Shown here: positions 37,301 to 52,300 of the stretch, in pieces | Position numbering within the stretch: the first letter of the stretch is position 1 | How the letters are laid out: each line of letters begins with the position of its first letter | Assembly (NCBI GenBank): GCA_965205795.1 | Contig: OZ242177.1 | Span: 2,440,424-2,504,423 of the forward strand | Origin: Nitrospirales bacterium | GTDB taxonomy: Bacteria > Nitrospirota > Nitrospiria > Nitrospirales > UBA8639 | Reading direction: 5' to 3' | DNA length: 64,000 bases | Position numbers and translations under genes: made by a program | The notes under the pieces: model-generated | The model's database searches: none | What the model saw: only the letters and a program-made list of their open reading frames with translations | What the model was told of the DNA's origin: nothing

Positions 37301-40300
37301 GCGGCACGACAGTAACCTTGAGTGACAACAGCGCCATGCCGACCTTCACCGCGCCCGCGGTTGCCACTGCCCTGACGTTTTCACTGATTGTCAACGACGG
37401 CCGTGTGGATTCCGCCGCCGACACCGTGACCATCATAACGATGCGGCCGTTGCCCGGACTTGTGCGGAACTTCACCGCCGCTCCTGCGGCTCGTGGTGGT
37501 CGTGTCATTTTGAGGTGGGAGGCGCCGGACAATGCGGTTGTGGCGGATGTAACCCACTACGAGCTGCAAAGTAAGGCAAGCAGTGCAACAGCCTTTGAGC
37601 CTTTTGAAACACTCCCGGTTGGGAGCACCACCACGCAATTCGTTCTCCCCCGCAGGACATCCGTCACCTCCTTTGAATTTCGTATCAGAGCCTTGGCGGC
37701 GGGAGCGGTGGGTGACTGGGTGAGCACTGACGGCCCCAGTCCCGGCGCCTTGTTAAGCGTGAACACCCTTCTGGAGATCGCAGAGGGTGGCACGGCGACC
37801 TATACGGTGGTCTTGCAGACTGTGCCGACCGCTTCGGTCACAGTTGTGATCAGTAGCGACAATGACGATGTGACGGCGACAGGCCTCACATTCACGGTGG
37901 CGAATTGGAATATTCCGCAAGCGGTGATTGTCACCGCGGCGCAGGATGCTGATGGCTCTGATGATGTGGGTATTAGTCTCACGCACGTTTTTGAGGGAGG
38001 CGGCTACAGAGGTGTGAGCGCGAGAGTGGATGTGAATGTGGTGGACGATGACCCGACCTTCGGCACGACGACCATTGCCGCCCAGATCTACACCGTGGGT
38101 GTGGACATCGGCAGCGTCATCCTGCCGACCGCCACCACCGGCACCGGCGCATTGACCTATACCCTGACCCCGCTGCCGGCCGGTCTGACCCTGACCGACA
38201 ACATGCTGTCCGGCAGACCGGAGACGATGCAGGCTGCGACCAACCTCACCTACGCAGTGACGGACAGCGACGGCAACACCGACACCATTGACTTCACCGT
38301 CACCATCAACGTTTCTCCGGGCATCACCGGCGACACGACCGGCATGGTCACAGAAGGCGCGACCGTCACCACCGCGACCGGCCGGTTGGACAATCCCGCC
38401 GGCGACTTTGTGTCCCAGGCCGGCGCCACCGACCGCACCAACGGGCAGGGCGCCTACGGCAGCTTCACCCTGACCGGGAACGGCGCGTGGACCTATACGC
38501 TGGATAACGAGGACGACGACACCAACGCGCTGCCCGTCGGCGCCACGGTGACCGACATCTTTACCGCCATCTCCGCCGCCGACACCAGCGTGACGCAAGC
38601 CGTCACCATCACCGTCACCGGCGCCAATGACGCGCCGACCGCCGATGCGGGCGACGCCCGGACCGTGCCCCAGGGCTCCACGGTGGCGCTGATTGGCCGC
38701 GGCACCGACCCGGACACCGGCGACCAGGCGGAGCTGACCTATGCGTGGACACAGACCGGTGGCACGCCGGCCGTCACCCTCGTCCCCGGGATGGACGACA
38801 CCACGGTCAATTTCGCCGCGCCTGCTGTTGACGCGAACACGCCCCTGACGTTCACGCTGACCGTGACCGACCGGCAGACTGTCGCGGACACCGACATCGT
38901 GACGGTCACCATTAATGCGGGCAGCACGGCCTCCACCATCACCGGCGACATTTTCGGCCTCGTCACCGAAGACGCGGAGCCGAACACCGCCACCGGCGCG
39001 CTGACCGTCACGGACGGGGGCGGCGCCGTGCGCAATTTCGCGGCACAGGCCGTGCCGGGCACCTACGGCAGCTTCACGCTGGCCGCGAGCGGTGTCTGGA
39101 CCTACACGCTGAACAACGAGAACATCGTCATCAACGCCCTGTCTCTGGGCTCCGAGGAGCTCCAGGAGACCTTCCGGGTGGTGGCCGCCGACAGCACCCC
39201 GGCGACCGTGACCATCTTTATCAACGGCGCCAATGACCTCCCCACCGTCGAGGTTGAGCCGACGCAGACCGTTGGCGAAGAGACCCTCGTGACGCTGACC
39301 GGCACCGGCGATGACGTGGATACCGGCGACCTGTTGCGCTATCAGTGGACACAGATTGATTTCGAGCTTGCCGACCCCACGGCTGTCACGCGGCAGGTCA
39401 CGCTGACCAACGCGGACACCGCCACCGCCACCTTCACCGCGCCCAATTTCCTTGAGCCCACGCCCCTGACGTTCACGCTGACCGTCGCCGATGTGCATAG
39501 CGCCGGCGTCACCGCCACGGTGATCGTCACCGTGGACGCGGACGACGACCCGGTGCGCATCGGCGGCGAGCAGACCGGCAGCGTCACCGAAGACGGGGCG
39601 GTGTTGGCGCGGGGCGAGTTGACGATCCGTGATCCGGATGGCCACGACCGCTTCCGGGCCCAGACAGCCGTGGCCGGCGCCTATGGCACGCTGGCGAGCC
39701 TGACCGCCACCGGCGTGTGGGTCTACGCGCTGAACAACAATGACGAAGTCGTTCAGAACCTGCGGGCGACCGACGTGCGCACCGAGACCTTCACCGTGCG
39801 GGCCGAGGACAACACCCCCGTGAGCCTCACCATCACCGTCAACGGCGCCAATGACGCGCCGACCGCCAGGGGCCGGTTCCGGAGCGACGCGCTGATCATT
39901 GACAGCAGCGTCACCGGGGGGAGTGCGGTGAGTCTGGTCGGCACGGGCACCGACCGGGATACCGGCGAGCAGGCGGCGTTGCGCTATGCATGGACGCAGG
40001 TCAGCGGCCAGCCCGACGTCCTGCTGACCGACGCGGACACCGCCACCGCCACCTTCACCGCGCCGTTGTTGCTCGCGGAGACGACGCTGGTGTTTGAGTT
40101 GACGGTCACCGACGGGCAAGCGGCCGCCATCGCGCCGGTGCGCGTGCCCGTGCGGGCGGCGGACAACATCCCGGCGGTCTTTACCGGCGGGACGCGCGGC
40201 CGCGTCACCGAAGACGGGGAGCCGACCGCCACCGACACGCTGACCGTGACCGACGCGGATGGCTCTGATAATACCGTCCAGCCGCAGGCCGACATTGTCG

Positions 40301-43300
40301 GCGCCTATGGCAGGTTCACGCTGAACGCCGCGACCGGCGTGTGGAGCTACACACTGAATAACGGCACGGACGCCGTCCAGGGCCTGGCCGCGAACGAGGC
40401 CGTGGTGGAGCGGTTTGCGGTGCGGGCCGCGGACGGCACGCGGGGCGAGGTCGTCATCACCGTCCACGGCGCCAACGACGCGCCGACCGTGACCGCCACC
40501 AGCGAGCCGGTGACGGCCAATGAGGGCACCACCGTGACCCTGACCGGCACCGGCACCGACCCGGATCGGCAAGACCGGTTGCGCTATCAGTGGACGCCGT
40601 CCGCCGGCACCCCGACCATCGGGCTCTTCCCCTCCGCGACCTCGGCCATCGTCACCTTTGTCGCGCCGGAGTTGATCGACGGCACGGATCTGGCGTTCAC
40701 GCTGACCGTCACCGACCCGTCGGAGGTCACCGCCACCGCCACGGTCACCGTCATGGTCACGGCGGATGACGATGCGGCGGTCTTTGGCGGCACCCGCACC
40801 GGCAGTGTCACCGAAAGCAGTGCCACCGAAAACAACGCGCAGGAGAGCCTGGCCTTTGGCCTGCTGACCGTCACCGACGCGGACGGCCCCAACCGCTTTG
40901 AGGCGCAGACCGGCGTGGCCGGCACCTACGGCACGTTCACCCTGTTCGCCGCCGGGAACTGGCGGTACGATCTGGATAACGACCTTCCCGCCACCAATGC
41001 CCTGGCCGCACCCGTTGCGGGCACCGACCTGGCCACCGAGCGCTTCCCGGTGCGGCAGGCCACCGAGGACACCATCGGGGGCGCCGAGGACCCGGCGGGT
41101 GTGGTCATCACCATCACCGGCGTCAATGACGCGCCGACCGTCCTGGCTGGCGACGACCGGATTGTGAGGGAGACCGTTGCGGTGACCCTGACCGGCACGG
41201 GCACCGACCCGGAGACCAGCGACCCGGCGGCCCTGACCTATGCGTGGACGCAGACCGGCACGCCGACCGTCACGCTGACCAACGCGGACACCGCCACGGC
41301 CACCTTCACCGCGCCCGATTTGACCGCGAACACAGACCTGACGTTTACGCTGACCGTGACCGACCCGCAGAGCGCCGAGGGCACGGATACGGTGGTCATC
41401 GTGGTGACCGCCCTCGTCAACAGACCGGCGATCATCAGCGGTGACAGGACCGGCACCGTGACCGAAGACGCTCCCGCCACTGTCGCCAACGGCCGGCTGG
41501 AGGTGTTCGACTCGGACGACGGCGACAGCACTGACGTCCAGTTACAGGGCGGCCCCCTCGGCCTCGGCACCTACGGCACCTTCACGGTGGCCACGGGCGG
41601 GCTGTGGACCTATACGCTGGATAACGACGACGACGACACCAACGCGCTGGCGGGCGGCGACCGGGGCACTGAGCGGTTCACGGTTGTGACCGGCGACGGC
41701 ACCGAAGTGCTGGTGGCGATCACCGTCATCGGCGCCGATGATCTCCCGGAGGCGATCACCGGCCAGACCACCGGCCGCGTCACCGAAGATGCCGACGTGG
41801 CGGAGACCACCGGCACGCTGACCGTGACCGACCCGGATGGCCCGGCGGGTGCAGCTGTGTTCCAGGCGCAGGGGCGCGTCGTAGGTATCTACGGCACGTT
41901 CACCCTGGCCGCGACCGGCGAGTGGACCTATACGCTGGATAACGCCGACCCCGAGACCAACGCCCTGGCCGCGGGCGCCACGGCGACGGACGTCTTGACG
42001 GCGGTCGCCGCTGACGCCCCCGGCCTGACGCAAGTGATCACCATCACCATCACCGGCGCCGCCGCCCCGGTGATCGTCGGCGGCCAGCTCACCGGCAGGA
42101 CAACGGAAGACGCGCTCCGCGACTCAGTCAACCCAGGCATCATCAACGAAATCAGCGGCATCTTGAGCGCGACGGACCCGGATAACCCCGGATTGAGATA
42201 CACCTTCCGTCTCGCGCCCGGCGACTTCCAGGGCACCTACGGCACCTTCACCCTCGGCGGCGTTGGCCCCCCCCGCTGGCGCTACCGGCTGGACAATGCT
42301 GACCCGGACACCGACCTCCTGACCGCGGGTGAGACCGTCACCGACACGTTCACCTTGACGGTGGAAGATGCAGACGGAACCCGCATCACCCGGCTCCAGG
42401 ATGCAGACGGCAACGCCATAGACACGTTGGCCGTCACCATCACCATCGTCGGCACGGATGACCCGCCGACGATCATCGGCGCGCTCACCGGGGCGGTCAC
42501 GGAAGACGGCGACGAGGTCATGACCACTGCCACCGGCATGCTGACCGTGACCGACGTGGACAACGCTGATCCCGCTCCCGCCACCGCGTTTGCTCCGGCA
42601 GATGACGACGGTACCTACGGCGCCTTCACGCTGACCGATGACGGCGCGTGGACCTATACGCTGGATAACGCCGTCCCCGAGACCAACGCGCTGGCTGCGG
42701 GCGTGACGATGCGCGACGTCTTTACGGCAGTCTTCGCCACCGACACCAGCGTGACGCAAGCCGTCACCATCACGGTCACCGGGGCCAATGACGCGCCGAC
42801 CGCCGACGCGGGTGCCTCCCAGTCCGTGTTTGTCGGCGACACGGTCACGCTGGCGGGCCGCGGCACCGACCTGGATACCGGCGACAGCATTGCCGCCTAC
42901 GCCTGGACGCAAAGCGCCGGGCCGGCAGTGACCTTGAGTGCCACCGACGTGGCCCAGCCGACCTTCGCGGCGCCGAGTGTGACGAGCGCCACCGCGCTGA
43001 CCTTTGCCTTGGTGGTCAGCGACGGCGAAGCGGATTCACTCGCCGACACCGTCACCATCACCGTCTTCCCGGGCATCACCGGCGACACGACCGGCATGGT
43101 CACGGAAGACGCGACCGTCACCACCGCGACCGGCGTGTTGGACAATCCCATCGGCGGCTTTGAGGCCCAGGCCGGCGCCTCCGACCGGGCCAACGGGCAG
43201 GGCGCCTACGGCCGCTTCACCCTGGCCACCGACGGGGTGTGGACCTATACGCTGGATAACGCCGCCGCCGACACCAACGCGTTGCCCGCCGGCGCCACGG

Positions 43301-46300
43301 TGACCGACATCTTTACCGCCGTCTCCAATATGAACGCGGGCGTGACGCAAGCCGTCACCATCACCGTCACCGGCGCCAATGACGCGCCGACTGCGCTGCC
43401 CGGCGACGACCGGACCGTGCCCCAGGAGGCCCCGGTGACTCTGAGCGGCCGCGGCACCGACCCGGACACCGGCGACCAGTTGACCTATGCGTGGACACAG
43501 ACCGGTGGCACGCCGACCGTCACCCTCGCCCCCGCCCCCGGGGCCCCCGCCACCGGGGTCACCTTCACCGCGCCCATGGTTGGCATGGATGACACGCCCC
43601 TGACGTTCACGCTGACCGTGACCGACCGGCAGGGCGCCGCGGACACCGCCCCCGTGATGGTCACCATTGATGCGGACAGCACGGCCTCCGACATCACCGG
43701 CGACATTTTCGGCGGCATCACCGAAGACGCGGAGCCGAACACCGCCACCGGTGCGCTGACCGTGACCACGTCGCAGGTCGGGAGCACTGACATCATGGGC
43801 ACGTTCCAGCCGACCGACGTGGTCGGCCCCTACGGCACCTTCACGCTGGCCGCCACCGGCGCGTGGACCTACACGCTGAACAACGAGGCGGCCGCCACCG
43901 ACGCCCTGTCCTCGGACGCTGAGATTCAGGAGACCTTCCGGGTGGTGGCCGCCGACCCGGCCGGCACCCCGGTGACCGTGACCATCTTTATCAACGGCGC
44001 CAACGACCGCCCCACCGTCGTGGTCGAGCCGGAGCAGACCGTGAACGAAGAGACCCCCGACGGTGCTGCGACCCTCGTGACGCTGACCGGCACTGGCGAT
44101 GACGTGGATACCGGCGATCGGGACCGGTTGCGCTATCAGTGGACACAGATTGATTTTGAGCTTGCCGACCCCACGGCTGTCACGCGGCAGGTCACGCTGA
44201 CCAACGCGGACACCGCCACCGCCACCTTCACCGCGCCCAATTTCATCGAGCCCACGCCCCTGACCTTCACGCTGACCGTCGCCGATGTGCTTAGCGCCGC
44301 CGTCACCGCCACGGTGATCGTCACCGTGGACGCGGACAATGACCCGGTGCGCATCGGCGGCGAGCAGACCGGCAGCGTCACCGAAGACGGGGCGGTGTTG
44401 GCGCGGGGCGAGTTGACGATCCGTGATCCGGATGGCCACGACCGCTTCCAGGCCCAGACGGACGTGGCCGGCACCTATGGCACGCTGGATAGCCTGACCG
44501 CCACCGGCGTGTGGGTCTACGCGCTGAACAACGGTGACGAAGACATCCAGAGCCTGACGGCGACCGACGTGCGCACCGAGACCTTCACCGTGCGGGCCGA
44601 GGACGGCACCGAGGGGAGCCTCACCATCACCGTCACCGGCGCCAATGACGCGCCGACCGCCAGGGGCCGGTTCCGGAGCGACGCGGTGATCATCGACAGC
44701 AGCGTCACCGGGGGGAGTGCGGTGAGTCTGGTTGGCACGGGCACCGACCGGGATACCGGCGAGCAGGCGGCGTTGCGCTATCAATGGACGCAGGTCAGCG
44801 GCCAGCCCGACGTCACGCTGACCGACGCGGACACCGCCACCGCCACCTTCACCGCGCCGTTGTTGCCCGCGGAGACGACGCTGGTGTTTGCGTTGACCGT
44901 CACCGACGGGCAAGCGGCCGCCATTGCGCCGGTGCGCGTGCCCGTGCGGGCGGCGGACAACATCCCGGCGGTCTTTGGCGGGACCCGCGGCAGCGTCACC
45001 GAAGACGGGGAGCTGACCGCCACCGACACGCTGACCGTGACCGACGCGGACCCGGACGACTCGGATACCGTCCAGGCGCAGGCCGACCTTGTCGGCGCCT
45101 ATGGCACGTTCACGCTGGACGCCGCGACCAGCGTGTGGAGCTACACATTGAATAACGACCTGGGCGCCGTCCAGGGCCTGGCCGCGAACGAGGCCGTGGT
45201 TGAGCGGTTTGCCGTGCGGGCCGCGGACGGCACGCGGGGCGAGGTGGTCATCACCGTCAACGGCGCCAACGACGCGCCGACCGCGACCGCCACCGGACCG
45301 GCGACGGCCGAGGAGGGTACCACCGTGACCCTGACCGGCACCGGCACCGACCCGGATCGGCAAGACCGGTTGCGCTATCAGTGGACGCCGCCCGCCGGCA
45401 TCCCGACCATCGGGCTTCTCCCCTCCGCGACCTCGGCCCGCATCACCTTTGTCGCGCCGGAGTTGATCGACGGCACGGATCTGACGTTCACGCTGACCGT
45501 CACCGACCCGTCGGAGGTCACCGCCACCGCCATGGTCACCGTCATGGTCACGGCGGAGAACGATGCGGCGGTCTTTGGCGGCACCCACACCGGCAGTGTC
45601 ACCGAAAGCAGTGCCACCGAAAACAACGCGCAGAGGAGCCTGGCCTTTGGCCTGCTGACCGTCACCGACTCGGACGGCCCCAACCGCTTTGCGGCGCAGA
45701 CCGGCGTGGCCGGCACCTACGGCACGTTCACCCTGTTCGCCGCCGGGAACTGGCGGTACGATCTGGATAACGACCTTTCCGCCACCAATGCCCTGGCCGC
45801 GCCCGTTGCGGGCACCGACCTGGCCACCGAGAGCTTCCCGGTGCAGCAGGCCTCCGAGGGCGCCACCGAGGGCACCGTTGACCCGGCGGGTGTGGTCATC
45901 ACCATCACCGGCGTCAATGACGCGCCGACCGTCCTGGCTGGCGACGACCGGATTGTGAGGGAGACCGTCGCGGTGACCCTGACCGGCACGGGCACCGACC
46001 CGGAGACCAGCGCCCCGGCGGCCCTGACCTATGCGTGGACGCAGACCGGCGGCACGCCGACCGTCACGCTGACCAACGCGGACACCGCCACGGCCACCTT
46101 CACCGCGCCCGATTTGACCGCGAACACAGACCTGACGTTTACGCTGACCGTGACCGACCCGCAGAGCGCCGAGGGCACGGATACGGTGGTCATTGTGGTG
46201 ACCGCCCTCGTCAACAGACCGGCGATCATCAGCGGTGACCGGACCGGCACCGTGACCGAAGACGCTCCCGCCACTGTCGCCAACGGCCAGCTGGAGGTGT

Positions 46301-49300
46301 TTGACTCGGACGACGGCGACAGCACTGACGTCCAGTTACAGGGCGGCCCCCTCGGCCTCGGCACCTACGGCACCTTCACGGTGGCCACGGGCGGGCTGTG
46401 GACCTATACGCTGGATAACGCCGACCCCGAGACCAACGCGCTGGCGGGCGGCGACCGGGGCACGGAGCAGTTCACGGTTGCGACCGGCGACGGCACCGAG
46501 GTGCTGGTGGCGATCACCGTCATCGGCGCCGATGATCTTCCGACGGCGATCACCGGCCAGACCACCGGCCGCGTCACCGAAGATGCCGACGTGGCGGAGA
46601 CCACCGGCACGCTGACCGTGACCGACCCGGATGGTCCGGCGGGTGCAGCCGCGTTCCAGGCGCAGGGGCGCGTCGTGGGCATCTACGGCACGTTCACCCT
46701 GGCCGCGAATGGCGGGTGGACCTATACGCTGGATAACGCCGACCCCGAGACCAACGCCCTGGCCGCGGACGCCACGGCGACGGACGTCTTTACGGCGGTC
46801 GCCGCTGACGACACCGGCCTGACGCAAGTGATCACCATCACCATCACCGGCGCCGCCGCCCCGGTGGTCGTCGGCGGCCAGCTCACCGGCAGTACGACGG
46901 AAGATGAGTTCACCGACGACGGATTCAACGAAATCAACGGCTTCTTGAGCGCGACGGACCCGGATAACCCCGGATTGAGATACACCTTCCGTCTCGCGCC
47001 CGGCGACTTCCAGGGCACCTACGGCACCTTCACCCTCGGCGGCGTTGGCCCCCCCCGCTGGCGCTACCGGCTGGACAATGCTGACCCGGACACCGACCTC
47101 CTGACCGCGGGTGAGACCGGCACCGACACGTTCACCTTGACGGTGGAAGATGCAGACGGAACCCGCATCACCCTGCTCCAGGATGAAGACGGCAACGCCA
47201 TAGACACGTTGGCCGTCACCATCACCATCTTCGGCACGGATGACGCGCTGCCGGTCATCTCCATCGCCGCCGTGACATCCCCGGTGACCGAGGGGACGGC
47301 GGCGACCTTCACGCTGACGGCGAGCTCTGCACCGGTGGCAGACCTGACGGTCAGTGTGACGGTCACCGACCCGGGCAACTTCATTGCCGGGCCGGCGCCG
47401 ACGATGGTGACGATTGCCGCCAGCGCAACGACGGCCACGCTGACCGTGCCGACCACACCTGACAACGCCGACGAGGCCAACGACACGATAACGGTGGAGG
47501 TGGCGCCGAACGCCGGCTACACGGTTGGCGACCCGGCCACAGCCAGTGTCAGGATAGACGACGACGACGACGTGCCGACGCTGGCGATTAGCTCGTCAGA
47601 GCCACCGGCAGTGGAGGAGGGCGACGACAGCGAGAGCGAGTCGCCGGCGCGATTGCTCTACACGGTGACGCTGACCGGGGAGACGGAGCGGACGGTGACC
47701 GTGGAGTACGGCATGAGTGGCACGGCGACCGAGAACACCGACTACCGGGTGAACACGGGGGTCGGAATACCCGGCCGTCTGACGTTTGCGCCGGACACGA
47801 CGAGCCGGACGATTGAAGTGCTGGTAACGGGTGACACGATTGACGAGGATGACGAGACGGTCATCATCACGCTGTCAAACCCGGACAACGCAACGATCAC
47901 AACAGCCGCTGGCACGGGCACGGGTACGATTACCGACGATGACACCCTGAGCATCTCGATCGTCGCCGTGACACCCTCGGTGACCGAAGGGACGGCGGCG
48001 ACCTTCATGCTGACGACCGTGACGGCAGACCCTGCTCCGGCGACGGCGTTGACAGTCATGGTGTCCGTCACCGACTCAGGCAATTTCCTTGCCGGGCCGG
48101 CGCCGACGATGGTGACGATTGCCGTCGGCGAAACGACCGCCCTGCTGACGGTGGAGACCGATGACGACAGCATCGGCGAGGCGAACGGCATGATCACGGC
48201 CACGGTGACCGACGGGATCGGCTATACAGCCGGCGACCCCCCGGCCACCGCCGATGTCACGATCACCGATAACGATGTCCCAACGCTGGCGATTGACTCG
48301 CCGAGTGTGCGGGAAGACGCAGCGGGATTGACCTACACGGTGACGCTGACCGGGGCGACGGAGCAGACGGTGACGGTGGGCTACGCGGTGACAGATGGTA
48401 CGGCGACCACGGCCGACTACACCGCCGTGTCCACCGCCGGCACACTGACGTTTACGCCGGGCACGCTGACACAGACGATTGAGGTGACGGTGACGGATGA
48501 CAGCATTGAAGAGACCGACGAGACGGTCATCGTCACCCTGTCGACTCCGGTCAACGCAACGATCACCACCGCCATCGGCACCGGCACGATTACCGACGAC
48601 GACGCGGACCCCGTGGTCACCCTGGTGCTGACCCCGGCCACGATCGCCCAGAGCGGCGGCGTGAGCACCGTCACGGCCAGGCTGGACCAGGCCTCGTCCG
48701 CGCCAACCACGGTGACCGTCAGTGCGACCCCGGTCAGCCCGGCGGTTGCGGGTGATTACAACTTGAGTGACCCGTCGATGCTGACCATTGCCGCCGGGGC
48801 GACCAGCAGCACCGGGCTCGTCACCGTCACCGCCGTGAATCGCGGTGCCACGACTCTCCGTGAGGTGACGGTGTCGGCCACGGTCGTCAACGACAACGGC
48901 TTCACGGGGCCGGCTGACGAAACCCTGACCATCGCCGCCGCGGTGCCGGTGCCGGGGGCGGTGCTGGTCGGCACACTGACCGAAGCCACCCTGAACGGTG
49001 CGACGGTGACGGTGACGCTGGAGAACACGGCATACGTGGGCTCGCTGAGTACAGACAACTTCACGCTGACGCCGCAGAACGTGCCGGGCGTCCTGAGAGT
49101 GAACACGGTCAGCCTCGACAGCAACACCGAGGCTACGCTGACGCTGGCGTATGATGGCACGGACCTCACTGCCAACGGCACGTTGTCCGTCACGGTACTG
49201 GATTCCGGGCACACCGGCAGCGGCGACCTGACCACCGACAGCGTGCCGATTCTGGCCATCACCGACGGCATCACCGGCGCCACGACCGGCACGGTGACGG

Positions 49301-52300
49301 AAGACGATCCTCTGGCCGCCACGGCGAACGGTCAGTTGACCCTGGCCGGCGACTTTGTGGCCCAGACTGACGCCACTGCCACGACGGGTACCTACGGCAC
49401 CTTTGACCTGACCGCCGCCGGGGCGTGGACCTATATGCTGAATAACGACGACCCCGAGACCAACGCGCTGGCGGGCGGCACCCAGGTCACCGACGTCTTT
49501 ACCGCCGTCTCCGCCGACGACGCCAGCGAGACGCAAGCCGTCACCATCACCGTCACCGGGGCCAATGACGCGCCGACCGCGAATGCCGGGGCTGATCAAC
49601 CCGACGTGCTTGTCGGCGCCACGGTCACGCTGGACGGCCGCGGCAGCACCGACCCGGATACCGACGGCCGCATTGCCACCTATGCCTGGACGCAACGCGC
49701 CGGGCCGGAGGTAACCTTGAGCGCCACCAACGTGGCCCGGCCGACCTTCACGGCGCCGAGTAGTATGACGCGCGTCACCGCGCTGACCTTTGAGCTGATT
49801 GTCAACGACGGCAGTGTGGATTCCGCCGCCGACACCGTGACCATCATAACGATGCGGCCGTTGCCCGGACTTGTGCGGAACTTCACCGCCGCTCCTGCGG
49901 CTCGTGGTGGTCGTGTCATTTTGAGGTGGGAGGCGCCGGACAATGCGGTTGTGGCGGATGTAACCCACTACGAGCTGCAAAGTAAGGCAAGCAGTGCAAC
50001 AGCCTTTGAGCCTTTTGAAACACTCCCAGTTGGTAGCACCACCACGCAATTCGTTCTCCCCCGCAGGACATCCGTCACCTCCTTTGAATTTCGTATCAGA
50101 GCCTTGGCGGCGGGAGCGGTGGGTGACTGGGTGAGCACTGACGGCCCCAGTCCCGGCGCCTTGTTAAGCGTGAACACCCTTCTGGAGATCGCAGAGGGTG
50201 GCACGGCGACCTATACGGTGGTCTTGCAGACTGTGCCGACCGCTCCGGTCACAGTTGCGATCAGTAGCGACAATGACGATGTGACGGCGACAGGCCTCAC
50301 ATTCACGGTGGCGAATTGGAATATTCCGCAAGCGGTGATTGTCACCGCGGCGCAGGATGCTGATGGCTCTGATGATGTGGGTATTAGTCTCACGCACGTT
50401 TTTGATGGAGGCGGCTACAGAGGTGTGAGCGCGAGAGTGGATGTGAATGTGGTGGACGATGACCCGACCTTCGGCACTGCGACCATTGACGCCCAGATCT
50501 ACACCGTGGGCATGGACATCGGCAGCGTCATCCTGCCGACCGCCACCACCGGCACCGGCGCATTGACCTATACCCTGACCCCGCTGCCGGCCGGTCTGAC
50601 CCTGACCGACAACATGCTGTCCGGCATACCGGAGACGATGCAGGCGACGACCAACCTCACCTACACAGTGACGGACAGCGACGGCAACACCGACACCATT
50701 GGCTTCACCGTCACCATCAACGTCTCCCCGGGCATCACCGGCGACACTGTCGGCGTGGTCACGGAAGGCGGCGCCGCGGTTACGACCATTGATACCGCCA
50801 CCGGCCGGTTGTTCCTGCCCGGCGGCTTTGAGGCCCAGACCGGCGCCACCGGCCGCACCAACGGGCAGGGCGCCTACGGCAGCTTCACCCTGACCACCGC
50901 CGGCGTGTGGACCTATGCGCTGAATAACGCCGACCCCGACACCAACGAGCTGGCGGGCGGCGTCCGGGTCACCGACGTCTTTACCGCCGTTTCCGCCGAC
51001 GACGCCAGCGAGACGCAAGCCGTCACCATCACCGTCACCGGCGCCAATGATGCGCCGACCGCCGACGCGGGTGCCTCCCAGTCCGTGTTTGTCGGCGACA
51101 CGGTCACGCTGGCGGGCCGCGGCACCGACCCGGATACCGGCGACAGCATTGCCGCCTATGCCTGGACGCAAAGCGGCAGCCCGACGGTGATCTTGAGTGA
51201 CGCCACCGTGGCCCGGCCGACCTTCACGGCGCCGGACGTGATGAGCGCCACCACGCTGACCTTTGCGCTGGTGGTCAACGATGGCGAAGCGGATTCAGAC
51301 CGCGCCGACACCGTCACCATCACCGTCTTCCCGGGCATCACCGGCGACACGACCGGCATGGTCACAGAAGACGCGACCGTCACCACCGCGACCGGCGTGT
51401 TGGACAATCCCATCGGCGGCTTTGAGGCCCAGGCCGGCGCCTCCGACCGGGCCAACGGGCAGGGCGCCTACGGCCGCTTCACCCTGGTCACCGGCGGGGC
51501 GTGGACCTATACGCTGGATAACGCCGCCGCCGCCACCGACGCGCTGCCCGCCGGCGCCACGGTGACCGACATCTTTACCGCCGTCTCCAGCGAGAACCCG
51601 GGCGTGACGCAAGCCGTCACCATCACCGTCACCGGCGCCAATGACGCGCCGACCGCGCTGCCCGGCGACGACCGGACCGTGCCCCAGGAGGCCATGGTGA
51701 ATCTGAGCGGCCGCGGCACTGACCCGGACACCGGCGACCAGGCGGAGTTGACCTATGCGTGGACACAGACCGGTGGCACGCCGACCGTCACCCTCGCCCC
51801 CGCCCCCGGGGCCCCCGCCACCGGGGTCACCTTCACCGCGCCCATGGTGATGGATGACACGACCCTGACGTTCACGCTGACCGTGACCGACCGGCAGGGC
51901 GCCGCGGACACCGCCCCCGTGATGGTCACCATTGATGCGGACAGCACGGCCTCCGACATCACCGGCGACATTTTCGGTTTCGTCACCGAAGACGCGGAGA
52001 CCGCCACCGCCACCGGCATCCTGACCGTGACGGCCGGCGGCACCGTTGGCGAGTTCCAGGCGCAGCCGATGCAGCCGACGGATCCGCCGGTGGTCGGCGT
52101 CTACGGCACCTTCACCCTGGCCGCCACCGGCGCGTGGACCTACACGCTGGACAACGAGGACATCGACACCGACGCCCTGTCTCTGGGCCCCGAGGAGATC
52201 CAGGAGACCTTCCGGGTGGTGGCCGACGACATGGTCGGCACCCCGGTGACCGTGACCATCTTTATCAACGGCGCCAACGACCGCCCCACCGTCATGGTTG

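Larger units (their letters stand above)
37390..38335 (+). repeat. FN3 + NWN + He_PIG cassette, copy 1 of a near-identical pair (offset 12411 nt)
   Basis: 37557..37793 = 49968..50204 (identical shadow ORFs). 37800..37982 versus 50211..50393 differ at 2 of 60 residues. Confidence 0.88.
49801..50746 (+). repeat. FN3 + NWN + He_PIG cassette, copy 2
   Basis: See copy 1. Flanks diverge upstream of ~49801 and downstream of ~50746. Confidence 0.88.
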